Translations under genes and position numbers: made by a program
Assembly: GCF_033153115.1 (NCBI RefSeq)
Contig: NW_026889750.1
Location: 36,270,001 to 36,334,000, forward strand
Reading direction: 5' to 3'
Length of the DNA stretch: 64,000 nt
Source of the DNA: Saccostrea echinata
Lineage: Eukaryota
Shown: piece after piece, positions 14,453-28,479 of the stretch
How positions within the stretch are numbered: the stretch's first letter is position 1
How the letters are laid out: each line of letters opens with the position of its first letter
The notes under the pieces: generated by a model
What the model saw: only the letters and a program-made list of their open reading frames with translations
Database searches by the model: none
What the model was told of the DNA's origin: nothing

Positions 14453-14454
<2 letters not shown>

Positions 14455-15178
14455 CATATGTAAATAGAATAATAGAATGATCATCTTAAATAAAGAGACA
14501 TCACGTATAAAAAAGTATAGATCACTAAAAAAATGCATTGATTGAATTAGTTAATGGAAAATTCTTTTTGATCAAAGAAGCTCAAATAGCTAAATATGCT
14601 AATGTCCTGTTGTGATCGATAGGGAAAAAACTACATGCTTACATAGGAGAATTCGTGACATTCTCTTTTTTTTTTTTTTTAAAGTTCTACTAAAGCTAAA
14701 AAAAGAAATCTGATGTAAAACACATTTTCTATTGTTTCTTTAAAAAGCATGTCCGTTACTGCATTACGTTCAATATATTTTTATTAAATTTACTTTACTT
14801 GATTATTTAAATAAATAAATGAGAAATATTTACAAAAATCATTATGAAAAGAATTGAAATTTTGCTGCACTCTACGGCAAACGCAACAAAAGTTAACATC
14901 TTGACATGCTGAAAAATTGCCCTGAACATTTTTCAAGAGGCGAAAAGTTCAAAATCCAGTGAGGCTTGTATGAGACAATATCTTAATATCCTGTTATCAT
15001 TCCTTATAAAATGCATCACTTTTAATCTTGACCAAGAATAAGGACACAAAATAAAATCCAGAATGCAACATTCAGATAAAACAAACTTAATTTTAAAGTT
15101 TTCTGTTCAAGATCACCATCCATATCACCCTTCTCCAGAAATAAAGATGTAAAATAAAGGTAAGAAAGCAATACTTAC

Positions 15179-15280
15179 CTTCCCCACCGTTCCTTATTTC
15201 CAGGTAAAAGTCACGGTCCCTTTCAACTGTTACCTGTAAATATATATAGAATGCCAAGTGAAAATAATGAAATCTGATTG
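15179..15280 (-). promoter_or_regulatory. Putative non-coding first exon and core promoter of the tyrosinase-like gene
   Basis: The ATG exon is directly preceded by a polypyrimidine tract and AG (14285-14284), so a 5' UTR exon is expected. A strong donor AG|GTAAGTAT lies at 15179/15178 (minus), with a TATA-like TATATATA at about 15241-15248 and CCAATC at 15275-15280 (minus). Confidence 0.6.
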
Positions 15281-15538
15281 GATTAGGAGATTTGACAAAA
15301 AATTTGAATACGAGAATTTAAGAAACATACATTGAAGCTGTCAAAAATTAGAAGTTTAATAAAGTTATTAATAATGAAGGGCGTTTCGTTGTCCTCGCTT
15401 GTCGATTGTACAGTACATCTTCCAGGTTACAAACTGACATGCTATTGTTCCGTCATGATTTGATTGCATATTCATTTCATCTTGTATGTTGCAATGATTA
15501 GTTTAATTGGAATTCATAGTAATTTTTTTTTATTTTAT

Positions 15539-15544
<6 letters not shown>

Positions 15545-15626
<82 letters not shown>
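15545..15626. repeat. (TA)n microsatellite
   Basis: About 40 perfect TA units, immediately followed by a TAGGGATG transposon end. Confidence 0.97.
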
Positions 15627-15629
<3 letters not shown>

Positions 15630-16818
15630 GGATGTCAATTTTATTCGGACAGCTTAGTCGAATAGTCGGAGGCTTTAGTCGAACGATAGTCGAATATTCG
15701 TTGAAATTAAAATTAATTTTTCATGTCATTTTCACTATTTGTCTTTTATAGACTAGTTGTAAAATATTTAACCTACGCTATCACCATTATACAGCGAATT
15801 TCTGAATCGTAAACATTTACGTAGTACAATAAATACTGTACATCTACATTTATCCAATGTATTTGATTTCAAAAATTATTATAATATTCACCTCACATTA
15901 TATCTAAATGCAGGATATCAAACGCTCGCATTTGTCCTTTCATTTCATAACGATTAGTACCCGTAAATTGTAGCCATTTTCTACGTGTCGTTTCAGTGAC
16001 CTTTGACTGGTAAACAATTAAAGCGTGCCTCTTATAAAAACAGAGAGAGCTTGCGATAAATTTTAATTATGACATTTTGTGCAAATAATCAATACGATCT
16101 TTAAATTACTGCATGATATTAATATAAGAAAGAAACACCATTTAATTACGCTCATAACTGTCCCCCAGTTTACATGTATTTACAATTTTGTAACAGCTGT
16201 TTAATTATTCTTTATGAATAGTTGCACTACATCAGATCTTATGGAATTTCAGGTGAAACTTTATAATTTGAATCTACAAAACCAAACAATTCTTGAACGT
16301 CCTCTCCATTTACAACAATAAGTGGCAGACAATCCTTGATAATAATGTTTGTGATAGCAACATTTTTCTTTCCGGCTCTGCTTTTTTAGCATTTTTTGCG
16401 GATAACTTACTTTAGAAAAGTTTCACTTGAAGACTGTGTTTACTACATGTATGTTTGACGGATTCGGCATATGATATTTGATGTTCCACTGCAGAATACA
16501 AGTTCAGTTTCACATAACCTTGATAACGTGTTTTTAACTATTTTTCCATCCTGACATCTTTTAAAGTATACAACTGTAGATTTTGGAGGCATATTTGCCG
16601 AACATAAATCGTTATACAAATAATTTCCTTTGAACAGTTAAACCATACCCTGAGTTTTACTTACGAGAACACTGATCTGTAAATAGATGAAATGGGCGAA
16701 TCCAAGTTTATTAACTTGAATTTAAAATTACTTTTAGGTAACACATTTTTAATGAATAACCGACTAAAGAAATTTTAGTCGATAGCCGGTATGATCGAAC
16801 GATAGTCGAATACTCGAA
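15627..16818. mobile_element. Non-autonomous hAT-like DNA transposon (right end lost in the assembly gap)
   Basis: Starts TAGGGATGTC. Clustered subterminal motifs (tagtcgaa / cgaacgatagtcgaata) occur at 15655-15700 and again at 16757-16817, next to the N-gap. Confidence 0.6.
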
Positions 16819-16970
16819 NNNNNNNNNNNNNNNNNNNNNNNNNNNNNNNNNNNNNNNNNNNNNNNNNNNNNNNNNNNNNNNNNNNNNNNNNNNNNNNNNN
16901 NNNNNNNNNNNNNNNNNNNNNNNNNNNNNNNNNNNNNNNNNNNNNNNNNNNNNNNNNNNNNNNNNNNNNN
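16819..16970. other. Assembly gap (N run)
   Basis: Run of n. Confidence 1.
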
Positions 16971-18240
16971 TATTTAAATTTATAAATATTGCTTTCATGT
17001 TACGTACATGTATATTTGTTCTTATATATGATGTTACATAGTGTATAGTACTGTATCATGGAGAAGAAATATGATCAAATCTTCATTAAAAGGAGTCTAA
17101 ATTCTATTATAATCGTATATTGTGAAGTTTCTTTTCATACAATTGTTTCTGTTAATTTTTTAACGTTTTTAACGTTACTCTTTCAATATCAATTAGTGCA
17201 CAAAAATTGATTTGAACAACATTTAGCAGAATGAATTTAAATTAAAGGGAAGTGGTACAAACAATCTACTGTTTTTTTTTCTTTATAAATTCTCATATTA
17301 ATTGCACTTCGAAGTTTTTTGCCTGCATTCTTCATTAAATTAGTCATTGAATAAGTTACATGTATGATCGATCGTTTTCCAGATTAATCAAGAGTTCCAA
17401 AATATTTTGGTTTGACTAAACCCGTATAGCTTTCAGAAGATTTTTTAAGAAAGAAAAAAAAATCGACGTATATTGAATATATTTGGGTCGTATTATTCTT
17501 TGATCGGTAAAACATTATCTGAAAAAAAAAAAAAAAACAAAAACAAAAACACTTCTTATTTGAAGTTATTTATATCTACCAGCTTAATAGGGTCATACTG
17601 CAAAATCATTCGAAATTCAACAAAAAAGATTTCAGAGTAAGAGAATTGTAGAAAAAAAATCTAAATTTACAAAAGAAATTAACTGTTGGCCAAATCTGGT
17701 CAAATTCCCACAAAAATCCATGTAAAATGTTGCTGTATACAACAGTACAATTATTATACATTTAATAAAATCTCGAAATTTAATCCAAATTGTTACAAAA
17801 ATATGTTTTAAGAATTAAATGACTAAAATTTGGTAATTTATATATTCGAATTCCATTTCAAAAGAAGCAAAATTTTTCTCTGAAATTCTGCGATAAATTA
17901 TGATATATTAAGTTTGAATATTTCTCACTGTTTTTTAACACAATGTATTTTTAAAAGTCGATTTTAAATCGATACAGTATACAAATTCCTTCAAGTTTTT
18001 TTTCTTTTGAAATCCTGTGAAAACCAGTTTGACCTTGGAATCTTTCGTATACAGTTGAACCCTAAATCTCAATGCGGTAAAATTTCATAACAAAGTACTA
18101 AAATGCTGTAAAATTTTCAATAATCAAACCTTTTTATCGAAACTTTATTTACTGATACTCTATCTATTTTAACTTTTTCATAACATTTCATTCAGATACA
18201 TGTATACATGTATATGCAATACTATATAAAATATTAAAAT

Positions 18241-18566
18241 ATACATAACGTTAGATTTCGTCTATCGCCGCAGGGCAACAATGTACCGAAGTCGTTATGA
18301 CTTTTCTATTGGACACTAATTTTGAATCTGATGATACATAAGTTTTGCGGAAAATGGAATGAATTTAGAAATAACAATTGGAATAATTTTAAGATAACAG
18401 CTCAGAACAAGAAGGTTAATAGCATTGTGACAGTAAAGATTATTAAAAAGAAGCGCGAGAGAGATTAAAAAGATTTGCTGATGAACTGAAAATGAAAATG
18501 AGTACCGAAAAATAACGTCATAACGACGTCGGTAACATTCTTGCCGTGACCTAACGCTGTGTTTAT
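18241..18566. mobile_element. Degenerate MITE-like inverted repeat
   Basis: acataacgttag...gggcaacaatgtaccgaagtcgttatgac pairs with gtcataacgacgtcggtaacattcttgccgtgacctaacgctgtgt. Confidence 0.5.
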
Positions 18567-18710
18567 CTTATTATTTTACAAAGTATTTTATATTTTAAAT
18601 TTTAAGACAATCAGAAAAAAATTGATAGTGGTAATAGTATCTTTTAAATTTGATGATAACTTTCGATTATAAAGATTTTACAGCACTAGTGACACTAGTG
18701 GATTAACCCT

Positions 18711-18717
<7 letters not shown>

Positions 18718-18780
<63 letters not shown>
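18718..18780. repeat. (TA)n microsatellite preceded by short (GT)n
   Basis: Seen directly in the sequence. Confidence 0.95.
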
Positions 18781-18782
<2 letters not shown>

Positions 18783-20370
18783 CAACCTTCAGAATGCTTC
18801 ATGGTTATAGTTTAAAAGACTAATTTCATCTACATATTTTGTTTTGTTTTGTTTTTTTTTAAATTCGACAAGGACAATTTTTTGTAGAAGTCAATTCAGC
18901 ATTAAATTTTACAGATCGTTGCTTTAAACATAGCGTTGGGATTCCTTTCAACCAAAGTTACTTATACAGGTAACAGTTTTCTTTCCATTTTAGTATATAT
19001 TCCATATACCGCTTATTTTTAAAATGGAAATTAATCTAAAACAGATCTGATATATTTTTCTACAAAAGATTATTTGGAAAACCTTATCAAAATAAAACAA
19101 ATAAAATATTCTTCATTTTAAATAGTTTTATAATATGGCCTTTCAAAAAAAAAACAACATTTGCATATCGTACAGTAAGTTTGCTTTTCATTCGAAGTCA
19201 GTTGACGAATACATGAAGTACATCAAATTTGTAAATAGCAAGTACATGTATATAATTCGGATACTCATATACAAATCTTGATTTCATATAATTATTGCTT
19301 CAAGAAAAGGGTTAGGTCAATGTTGTAAAATAATTTAGCTTCATTCCAAATGCAAACATTAAATTAAGGGTACATTTATACATACTATGCTTTCATACTT
19401 ATCATCTAGTTCCATTCATACTACAGACTCGAAAACCACAATAACCATAGGAAATTATAATAAAATTTAAGGACATTCAAGTGATGTTTATTTTACCATA
19501 TTTTATTCAATACTATGAATATTATATTGAATATGTTTTATAATTATTTCAATATGGCTCTATATGAACAATTTTATTTATTGCCCTACAAAAAAGGAAA
19601 AAAAAAACAAAACATTTTTCTATGCATTTATCTTTCATTTATATTGATACGCTTGATAACATTCATGCTAATTTACTGATAGAATTAGGTCAAATTGGTT
19701 TCTGAGAATCCATGACTGAACAAAGCCAGACGAGCATTCAAAGCGATGACCAAAAATCTACAGGAAAGAGGAGGAAAACTCAAACAGTAATTATTTTCTT
19801 TCTATGTTAGCATTACTTTTTATCCAGTATCCAATATTTTATATCTGTTCTTCGCAAATGTGGTCTTTCTTATATAAAAAATAGTTGATTAAAAAAAATA
19901 CAATGCATTTAACCACAAAGGCAATCCTAGAAACCAGTAGTTGTGCATATCATTGGTACCTAGATGTTTTCTACGTAACTGCATCTATAAGCACATAACT
20001 CAAATGCAACTTAAACTGATTAATTTTACAAGGAACATCCACAAAATTTTCTTCAAAGGCCTTGCAAAATATGCTTAGTATAATTCCCTTTAAAAACATT
20101 TACACATTTTTTACCTTGCCAAAACCATGTCTTGACAAATGCTGAATTTCTTATAAGGAAATTTCAAATACTACATTGATGCTTATAAGCAAATATATCG
20201 AGGCTTGGAAATTTTACGACAATAATTCTGGACAAAAATATACCATTGAGTTGAATATAAAACCAAAGTTGGGTTGAACACTATTAATATATTCTGATTG
20301 ATGAAATAAAATAACATTATCCACAATCTACTAAGATAGGTCATGTGTTAATTCTTTGGGGGGGGGGGGG

Positions 20371-20931
20371 CATCGTCGCAAGCCACGGGTTTTGTGTCCA
20401 TTCTATTTCCACAAACCCGTGGCTGCCTTCTACCAAATTCTCTCGTTCTCGCGACTGCATCATTGAATATTTATTAAGTGACGCCAGATTTACCTTGACC
20501 AATGAAATCACTCTGTAGCAATTTTTGGTACGCTTAAATGGCGGCGCCCATAATGAAATCATGTTTGCTATGCGTGGCAGATTTATTGAAAAAAAATACG
20601 ATAGATCCTGAAGAACAGAGGTGAGTAACGTATATTCTAAAATACTTAAAAGGTTTTACATTAAAATACAGGGTTTCGAATGTAGACGTTGTGTGAGAAC
20701 GCTGAATAGCGTTACTCGTTAAGAAAGGAAATTCGAACCGAAGTTGATGTACAACTCGTGGTTATGGTTACATCCAAATACAAGATAGACTGATCATTTT
20801 CATTGGTTCTGACTTGATGCGTCAGATGTTATTCCATTGGTTGAATGTATGTTATTAATATTCATCAGAACGAGAGAAATTTGTCGGAGACAGCCACGGG
20901 TTGGGCACAAAACCCGTGGCTTGCGACGATG
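20371..20931. mobile_element. MITE with long, internally hairpinned TIRs inserted in a poly-G tract
   Basis: CATCGTCGCAAGCCACGGGTTTTGTG ... CACAAAACCCGTGGCTTGCGACGATG (26 bp perfect TIR, extending imperfectly to about 80 bp), with G-runs on both flanks. Confidence 0.85.
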
Positions 20932-21152
20932 GGGGGGGTATTTTTCTTTTCTTTTTTTTTTTTTGAATCTCTTTTGAGATAAAAGACCATCTCCGGAATT
21001 AAACTGATAAGCTCCATTCATTCAACCACAGGAATTAGCAAGAAATAATATGTTCGAATACAATTTAGAAAAGATGGATCTTAGTTTCTCTGTCAATGAG
21101 TTTGGCATGTATCCTTTTGTACAATAAAGATTGATTTATTTTCATGTCTGGG

Positions 21153-21515
21153 TACGAAAGCCCATTTAGGACCTATCAAAAATATTTCTGAATTCGATAT
21201 AACGAATTGTTGAATTTGTTATAACGAATTAAATTCGTTATAACAATTTTTCTGAATTCTTTTAACAAATTTAATAATTCGTTTCAACGAATTTAATTCG
21301 CTATAACAAATTTTATAATTCGTTAAAACGAGTTTAATTCCTTAAAACAATTTTTTGATTTCGTTATAATGAATTCAACAAATATAACAGATTTAAATCG
21401 TTATAATGAATTCAAAGACATTGCTATAGCGAATTAAATTCGTTATAACAAATTCGACAATTCGTTATATCGAATTCAGGAATATTTTTTGATGGGTCCT
21501 AAATAGGCTTCCGTA
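21153..21515. mobile_element. Non-autonomous IS3EU-like DNA transposon (MITE) with internal tandem repeats
   Basis: Termini TACGA...CCGTA, TIRs of about 80 bp, exact 6-bp TSD TCTGGG (21147-21152 and 21516-21521), interior made of TTCGTTATAACGAA-type units. TAYGG..CCRTA termini with a 6-bp TSD are the IS3EU signature. Confidence 0.8.
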
Positions 21516-21764
21516 TCTGGGCATTATTGTTTTACTTATTAAACAAAATGAATCCATGTATTGATAAATATCAGATTATAGGGCCATTTCCCAATACCCA
21601 AGTAACTCCTGGATTAAAAAAAAGATTCTCAGCTTATTCGATTTTGATTTTAAAAATACTTTTTTTCGGCTGACATGAGTTGTAGAAATATAATTTTTTC
21701 CACTAAGAGAGATATGCGGTGATATATTGAGGACACTCAAATATTTTTTACCTCTTATTTGGGA

Positions 21765-21905
21765 AAATATTATGTCGTTTGCACGAGAAATTATGTCTTT
21801 AACACGGCCTTACAATCTCGTTTGCACGACGTATTATCTCGTTCGCACGAACGAGATAATAAGTTCTGCGATCGAATGAGAATTATGTTGTGCGAACGAG
21901 ATGAT
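21765..21905. repeat. Degenerate short tandem repeat (tatctcgttcgcacgaga-type), MITE interior remnant
   Basis: Several units of tgtcgtttgcacgag / tctcgttcgcacga. Confidence 0.5.
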
Positions 21906-24900
21906 ACTTTTCGACATAGGAAGTAAAAAATAATTGAAAGTTCTAAAAAAACACCACCGTAGAGATGTCATATCTAAAACAAAATTGTTCAAGTACAGAC
22001 ATACAGACATTAGTTTAAATGAAGGTTTCTGTGGGCCTAGCTATTCGTTAGACACCCTTCTCCAAAAGATTGGGTGTATAGATGTGAATGAAATTTTCAT
22101 TTTTAACATTTTAAAATACCCCCACCCCCCCTCTTCCAAAGATTTAAAATACATAAGTCAAGTACTTACAAAACTTGCTAGCAAGGATATTTTCCCGTTG
22201 AGGTGAATAGAAGCAGTACTAAACTTATTACATTTTAAGAAAGTTATATACTAGATATACAGGTATAATTTCCATCTTTAAAAATAAACATGTGGAATTT
22301 TATTTGGGGAATTCGGAAATGAAATATCACTCGTCATAAATAAAAAGAATACACTTTTTTGAGAACGGAAACTCCATATTTTTATTAAATGCAAATGACA
22401 ATCACAAATTTCCTACTAAAAAATGTATGAAGATTAATGCATATAAATCAAAAATTAAAAATAGAAACATTATTGAGTTGAACTGAATACAATTAGAAAG
22501 AAATCGGTGCTTATATCAAATGATTTTATTGGTATTTTACACTCTACTGCTATACCACACATCCCAGATATCGGACAGCGGGAAAGGAGGAATATATGCC
22601 TACGTGCAAATATTAGCGTAATTCTTATTCCATGTGCAAATTTTCACGCATGGACAATTTAACATAATGATTAAAAGGATTTACTTTAATTGTCACATCT
22701 CACTTACAATTAAGGAAAAAAAAAGATGTTTAAAAAGCATTTAAAAAGCACCGGTTCTATCAGTACCTATTGATATGAGAAAGTCTCCCCCTCCCCCTAG
22801 TATAATAAACCTACGAAGACATGCGTGCAAAATTACTATCCTGTTTCTTTATTAATAAATTTCAATATCTACCTTTTGTATTTCCTGGATGCAGAGTCAT
22901 CGTATGTACAAAAATTAATTTAAATTACATGGCATAAATTTTCACATTTCTATTGTTGGTAAAAAGTAGTGATCGATCAATATTTGTAAATAGTTTGTTA
23001 TCCCCCATTAAAATTGAGTGTGATCCTCCTTTGAACCCCTTTTTTGATGTCTTGTAATGTTGCATTGAAACGACCCTTTGGCACTTGAGGAAGAATTTAC
23101 AAAAAGAAAACAACTATTATACTTTTAATTTTTAAAAGTAATAGTACAGAAATAGAAGGGTATAGCGCTCAATAAGCCAAAAAATATTGAAGGCTTCAGA
23201 GCAGAATGCAGAAGTTGACTTTCACAAAGTTCTTTCTCGTGTTGCAGAGAAAAGAGCATGTGTGAACGTAAAATATAAATATTTACTGCAAATAGATTTT
23301 AAGTCTACCTACGAACTGTCAAAAGTAAATATCAAAATAATTACTCATTCTTTATTGTGACATGAATAATTATGGGTTTTTGTTGTGAAAATACTTTATA
23401 AAAGGTTATAAACAGTGTTGAATATTGGAAAGGCCTACCATATACAAAATGTGAACAAACAGAAATGATATTCAGAAAAAACACATTTCCGTATACTTGT
23501 ATCTTTTATACATTAACTTTACATTTTGTTTAAAACATATTGATAAATATTTATCTACATTCATACTGTTTGTCGCTAAGGTGAACTCTATAAAAAGAAT
23601 TACTAATGAGCCAAAAACACCCATCGAGATGCTAAAGTTGCATATTCATGATTTATCTAGCCATGCCCTCTCAGCTGAACTGTATAAAACAGTGCAGGTT
23701 TATGTATATTAACATTAACTTTATTGAAAACAACAAACAACAACAACAACAAAAGTAATTTATTGCTTCTCTTTTTGGTTTCATGTGACGATCACTCGGT
23801 TTATATAGGAATCTTTATTACACTTCATATTATAAATATGACCAATAAAGTCACATGAAAGACAATCATTTAAATTTGCTGTCAAATAGTTCTATCGATT
23901 GTAAATTGTTGAATTGTCATGCAATTTCTTTGTCAAAAAATTAAGGGTTCCAATTTTAAATCTTTCCAGATTTGTAAATTTTCAATGTATAAATCAACCG
24001 CTTCTCAGTACAAAGTAGAAATGTTTTGGGACAGTGTGTTAGGACAGATTATGACAGTAATGTACATGTGCGTTTAACGTTTCGTAATGACTGCTGGGTA
24101 TGTATGGCGTATCCACTTATATATTATGCAAAAATTCATTATTTTATCAAATAAATAGTTCTGTTGTTGTTCGAAACAATATAAAAAATGTTATAAATAA
24201 ACTATATCGTGTGTAACACTTTTATTTATCCTTTAAAACTGATATTTAATAAATTCTTTATTATAGAAGACATGCTTTAGAAGCTATATTAGCCAGTATA
24301 TTCGAAAAAATCCAATTTTCATTTATTTCAGCATATTTACACGTTTCAAGGAAGAAAATTTGTTTGAAAGTCTTTAAATTAAAATCAAAAATTTGAATTT
24401 AAAATTTTAGTGGGTTTAAACGAAATCAACAAGAGGCAAACATTTTGCTACATGGACGATGTTTAGCTACATCTACTCACGGTCTGCAGAGAAATTTAAG
24501 ACATGGGATTTATCCATGAAAATTAACGTATACAGTGACAATCATAAAAGAGTCGAGTGTCTTCATAAACCTAATTAATATACCTTAGGTCAAGTTTTGA
24601 GTATTTTTGTAATCTATCACATCCTATAATTGTTATTGCTGTAATTACCTTATTTCTGACAAAATGTGATAACTATAAACTAAAAAAGAAACACGAAGTA
24701 AAAATAGATCGAACTATAACATGTAAAGAAAATGACATAAGAAAGAAAGAAGAGTAAAAATATTTACATAATTGACTATAAATGTAAGTTGAAAATTTTT
24801 AATTAAATAGACTACCAAGAAAGTTTGTCTCTCTGCACGAGAAGACTGTTAACACGCATAAAACCTGAGATTGGGTCATCATTTGTGTTTCTTTAATGCA

Positions 24901-27900
24901 TTCAAACAGTAAAGCCCCCCGACAGCGGTTGTTTCAGTATAAAACATATGTCCTTGCGCCAATTGTCACATGTTTTCGTTTCCTGGAATGTCCTTAACGC
25001 TGTAATGAACCTGGAATTTACAAGAAAACGTGATTGAAATAAAAAATATAATTTTCTTGCAGGTGAAATATAACACATTTCGAAAAGTAATAAAATATAC
25101 ACTATAAAACAAATACATATTGATGACATATGCATTACACTTAATTTTTCTTTTTAAAAAGTTATGAAAAGAAAATCAAATTAAGAATATAAACGTGAGA
25201 ACGATAGGGCACCTTGTCAATTACTCATAACACACCTTAATATGGTATTGTTCTGTGTTTTAAATTTTCATATAAAGATTTTTCACGTTTACCACTATTA
25301 TTAATTTTTACACGTGACTGACGCAGCAATATGCATTGAGTTATTTTCCAACATAATTAGAAAAAGAGACGATAACGTGTGTAAAATGAAAGTGTAATGA
25401 AGGAAGCCTGCATACATAATGTTTGACATTTACATCTATCAGTTAAAGTTAACGCAATTAATAAACAATTGTTTTCAAACCCGGAAGGTTGTACATCTGT
25501 AGAAATTACATTACGGTTGACATTAACTCAAACATTGTAACATCTAAGGAACAAAGTCACTATTTTAAGGTAAATATATACTCATACAATAAATCACTTA
25601 ATGTACTAGAATCCATCTTCATATAACTAAAATGCAAAAAAGCATTCAGATAATGTATTAATCGTTGAATTATTTTTCAAGAGTAGGGTGAATTCAAAAA
25701 TAATGACCACTAAATTGATCTTTTTTTAAAAACATTCAACTAACCATAACACTTTTTTCACTTCATCATATTGCACATGGATTCTAGTTAAAATTCCTGA
25801 ACTTGCAATAGAATAAACAACTGGATAAAAGAGTTTCAGAATTTTTATTAGTAAAACTTTATTTGAAAAAAAGAAAACATCACTACATCCTGAAAGACTT
25901 TGTAAAATACAAAATGAAAAGAAATTATAGTGTTTTATGCTTCAAAATGGTATCAGGTATATAAATGATTAGATCTAAATCTTGATTGGTTTCTTCTCTT
26001 GTATATGTGAAAAAATGGCTTTTTGATTTTTATTTTACACTATATTTTCAATTCTGGTTTGACAAGTTTTAATATGAAAGAAATACATGTATGAAACAAC
26101 ACCCCCCTCTTTATTTTGGTCCATTTAAGTCAATTCTTTAAATGTAAGTCAATAAAGAATTTCGATATATAATTTTTCCTACAAAAATACTAGATTTTGA
26201 AGTGACCCTATTTTACATTATTGTGTTGCACCTCTTGACATCTGATATGTATTTTATTTAACATTGTTTAAAAGATTACAACGCACAATAACCCAATTCT
26301 TAGTTTGTAAATCTGTTCGTCATTTTGATATTTCTTATCATTTATGGTAAGTTTTTCATATTTTCAAGACTTCAAAGCATGCTTATTTGTAATGTATAAC
26401 ATACATACTTTGTATTTAAAAATATGTGTTAAGTGATGAAAATTATTCTCTGAATTAACTGTAAAAAGTCTGTAATTAGTTAAAAGCCATGATAATGTTT
26501 TCAAATCAAATAGTTTCAAACAATTTTTTTTTTCAATTTATTTTTGAGTAGAGATAGATGAAGATCATTGATAATTATAAAACAGTTTTGTTGCACTCCT
26601 GACTGCAGTAAAATTAAAAAAAAATAAAACCATAGAACACAAGAACTCATAAAGTGTTGGCAACATCAAATGGTAACGAAATTGTGCAATATTTATAGTC
26701 CATTACTTCATAATTAAAACACATGAAAGTATTTAAACCTGGCTTTATATCTTGAATTATTCCCTATTTATGTCAAAATAATAGCTAAAATATATATTGA
26801 AGATAAAATATATTTTGTAGTATATTTTTCTTCACTGGACAAACACTGTACGCAACTGAGGTCAACCAGAAACATTCTACTCATCAATTTTTTTTTTATA
26901 TTCATTCATATTTGATCAGCAATAATAACAACATTTTTGTTGCACTCCTGACCAAGAGTATGGGGGGTCTTTAAAGTAGAATTGTGACGAGAAAATTAGA
27001 TCAGAACTTGTTCTGTTTTAGTAAAATTGAGGTGAATTACTTGAGTTAAATAACAATTTTTCAGTGTGTTTAATTATGAGATTCATAAAAAAAACCAAAG
27101 AAAAGATGAAAACAATCTAAATTGATAAAATTGAAAAAGAGGATATTTATAATAAAACTGTCAATAATTCAATACTAAATTATTCAAATAGATCAGTGTT
27201 TATTAAAGAATATTTCTTAGCATGAATAGAAGTCTTTTCATCATATAACTTGAATCTTAAACAAAAACGTGTTGCATTCCTGGCCATAGAAATATAGATC
27301 TGAAACACAGACAGACCCTTTAATTGACAGATCCATTTGGTAAATTTGGTAAATATGTTCTTTGTGTCTTTATTTTCCAAAATAAAAACCAGAAATTCAT
27401 ATATTAATAAACAATTTTTCATGCTGGGGAGCAAAACATCAAATGTTGCACTCCTGACATTATTGGGTATGCACAGATACTCAACTCTCATTAATGCTGC
27501 TTGTGATTTATATAACACTTATGAGTTTTAAATTGTATATCAGTTATTGTTTTACACTTTGAAAATTCTTTTTTAACCTAATTGTCTTTCAGTTTTTTTT
27601 TTTTAAATTGATGTTTTTTTGGCAACACTGCATTTTTTCTGTTGCACTCCTGACATGGTACAACATTTTTTTCAACATCAGCTATGACCACAACTTGGTA
27701 AAACAAAAGTTGCTACAGTCTACATTCAATACTTTGAATATTATTAGGAAAGTCTTTATTTCCAACATAAACCATTATTATTTATTTCACAGTTCTTCAA
27801 AAAAAAAAAAATGATCAAGACTTTCCAGCTTATTGACTTTATTTTGATATGATGTAAATATGATGTTAATTTAAGAACAACTGGAATATGAGTTGTTTCA

Positions 27901-28479
27901 CAATATGTACGTCGTATTTTACTTATTTCAGCAGATTGAAACAATTCAAAGAAAAAAATTGAGCTATTTACTGCACAAGCGACAAGCTTGACTTAATATT
28001 TGACGTTTTCTCTGAAATAACTAATGGCGTGAGAAATTTTTATGGCGTTTTCTTTAACATATCCATAAAAATAACTTGAAATAAAATAATCGTGAATTTA
28101 TTCAATTGATGCATATAATCTCCAAAGTGATTGTAGTTTTCCAGAAAGTGAGTACAACTGAAATTAATGACAAATCGATAAAAGATTCGATAAGGAGAAT
28201 CAATCAAAACCACATACAAAAGAAATTTCTAGCTTATTTGAAGTTCGTGTACCTTTTTTAAAAGGAGGTTTGATAACGTGATGTATTTACCATTCCTAAA
28301 AATAAGCTTAATGGCATGTAACGAATTTACTTTGCCCTTAATACTGAAGTTGATTTACTCGAAGAACTGTTTAAAATTATCCAAAAAGGAACACAGGAAT
28401 TGACATTAAAAGTTTGTACAGGCTTAATTTTTGCATAAACAAATATTCATCCCATAGGCTTTTTATTTCTATTACCATG

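Noticed and set aside
13807-14538. 243-aa ORF with an IYIYIY run
   Set aside because: The N-terminal part is intron plus (TA)n read-through. Only 14283-13855 is a real exon.
15464-15751. ORF with a YIYIYI repeat
   Set aside because: Translation of a (TA)n microsatellite and a transposon end.
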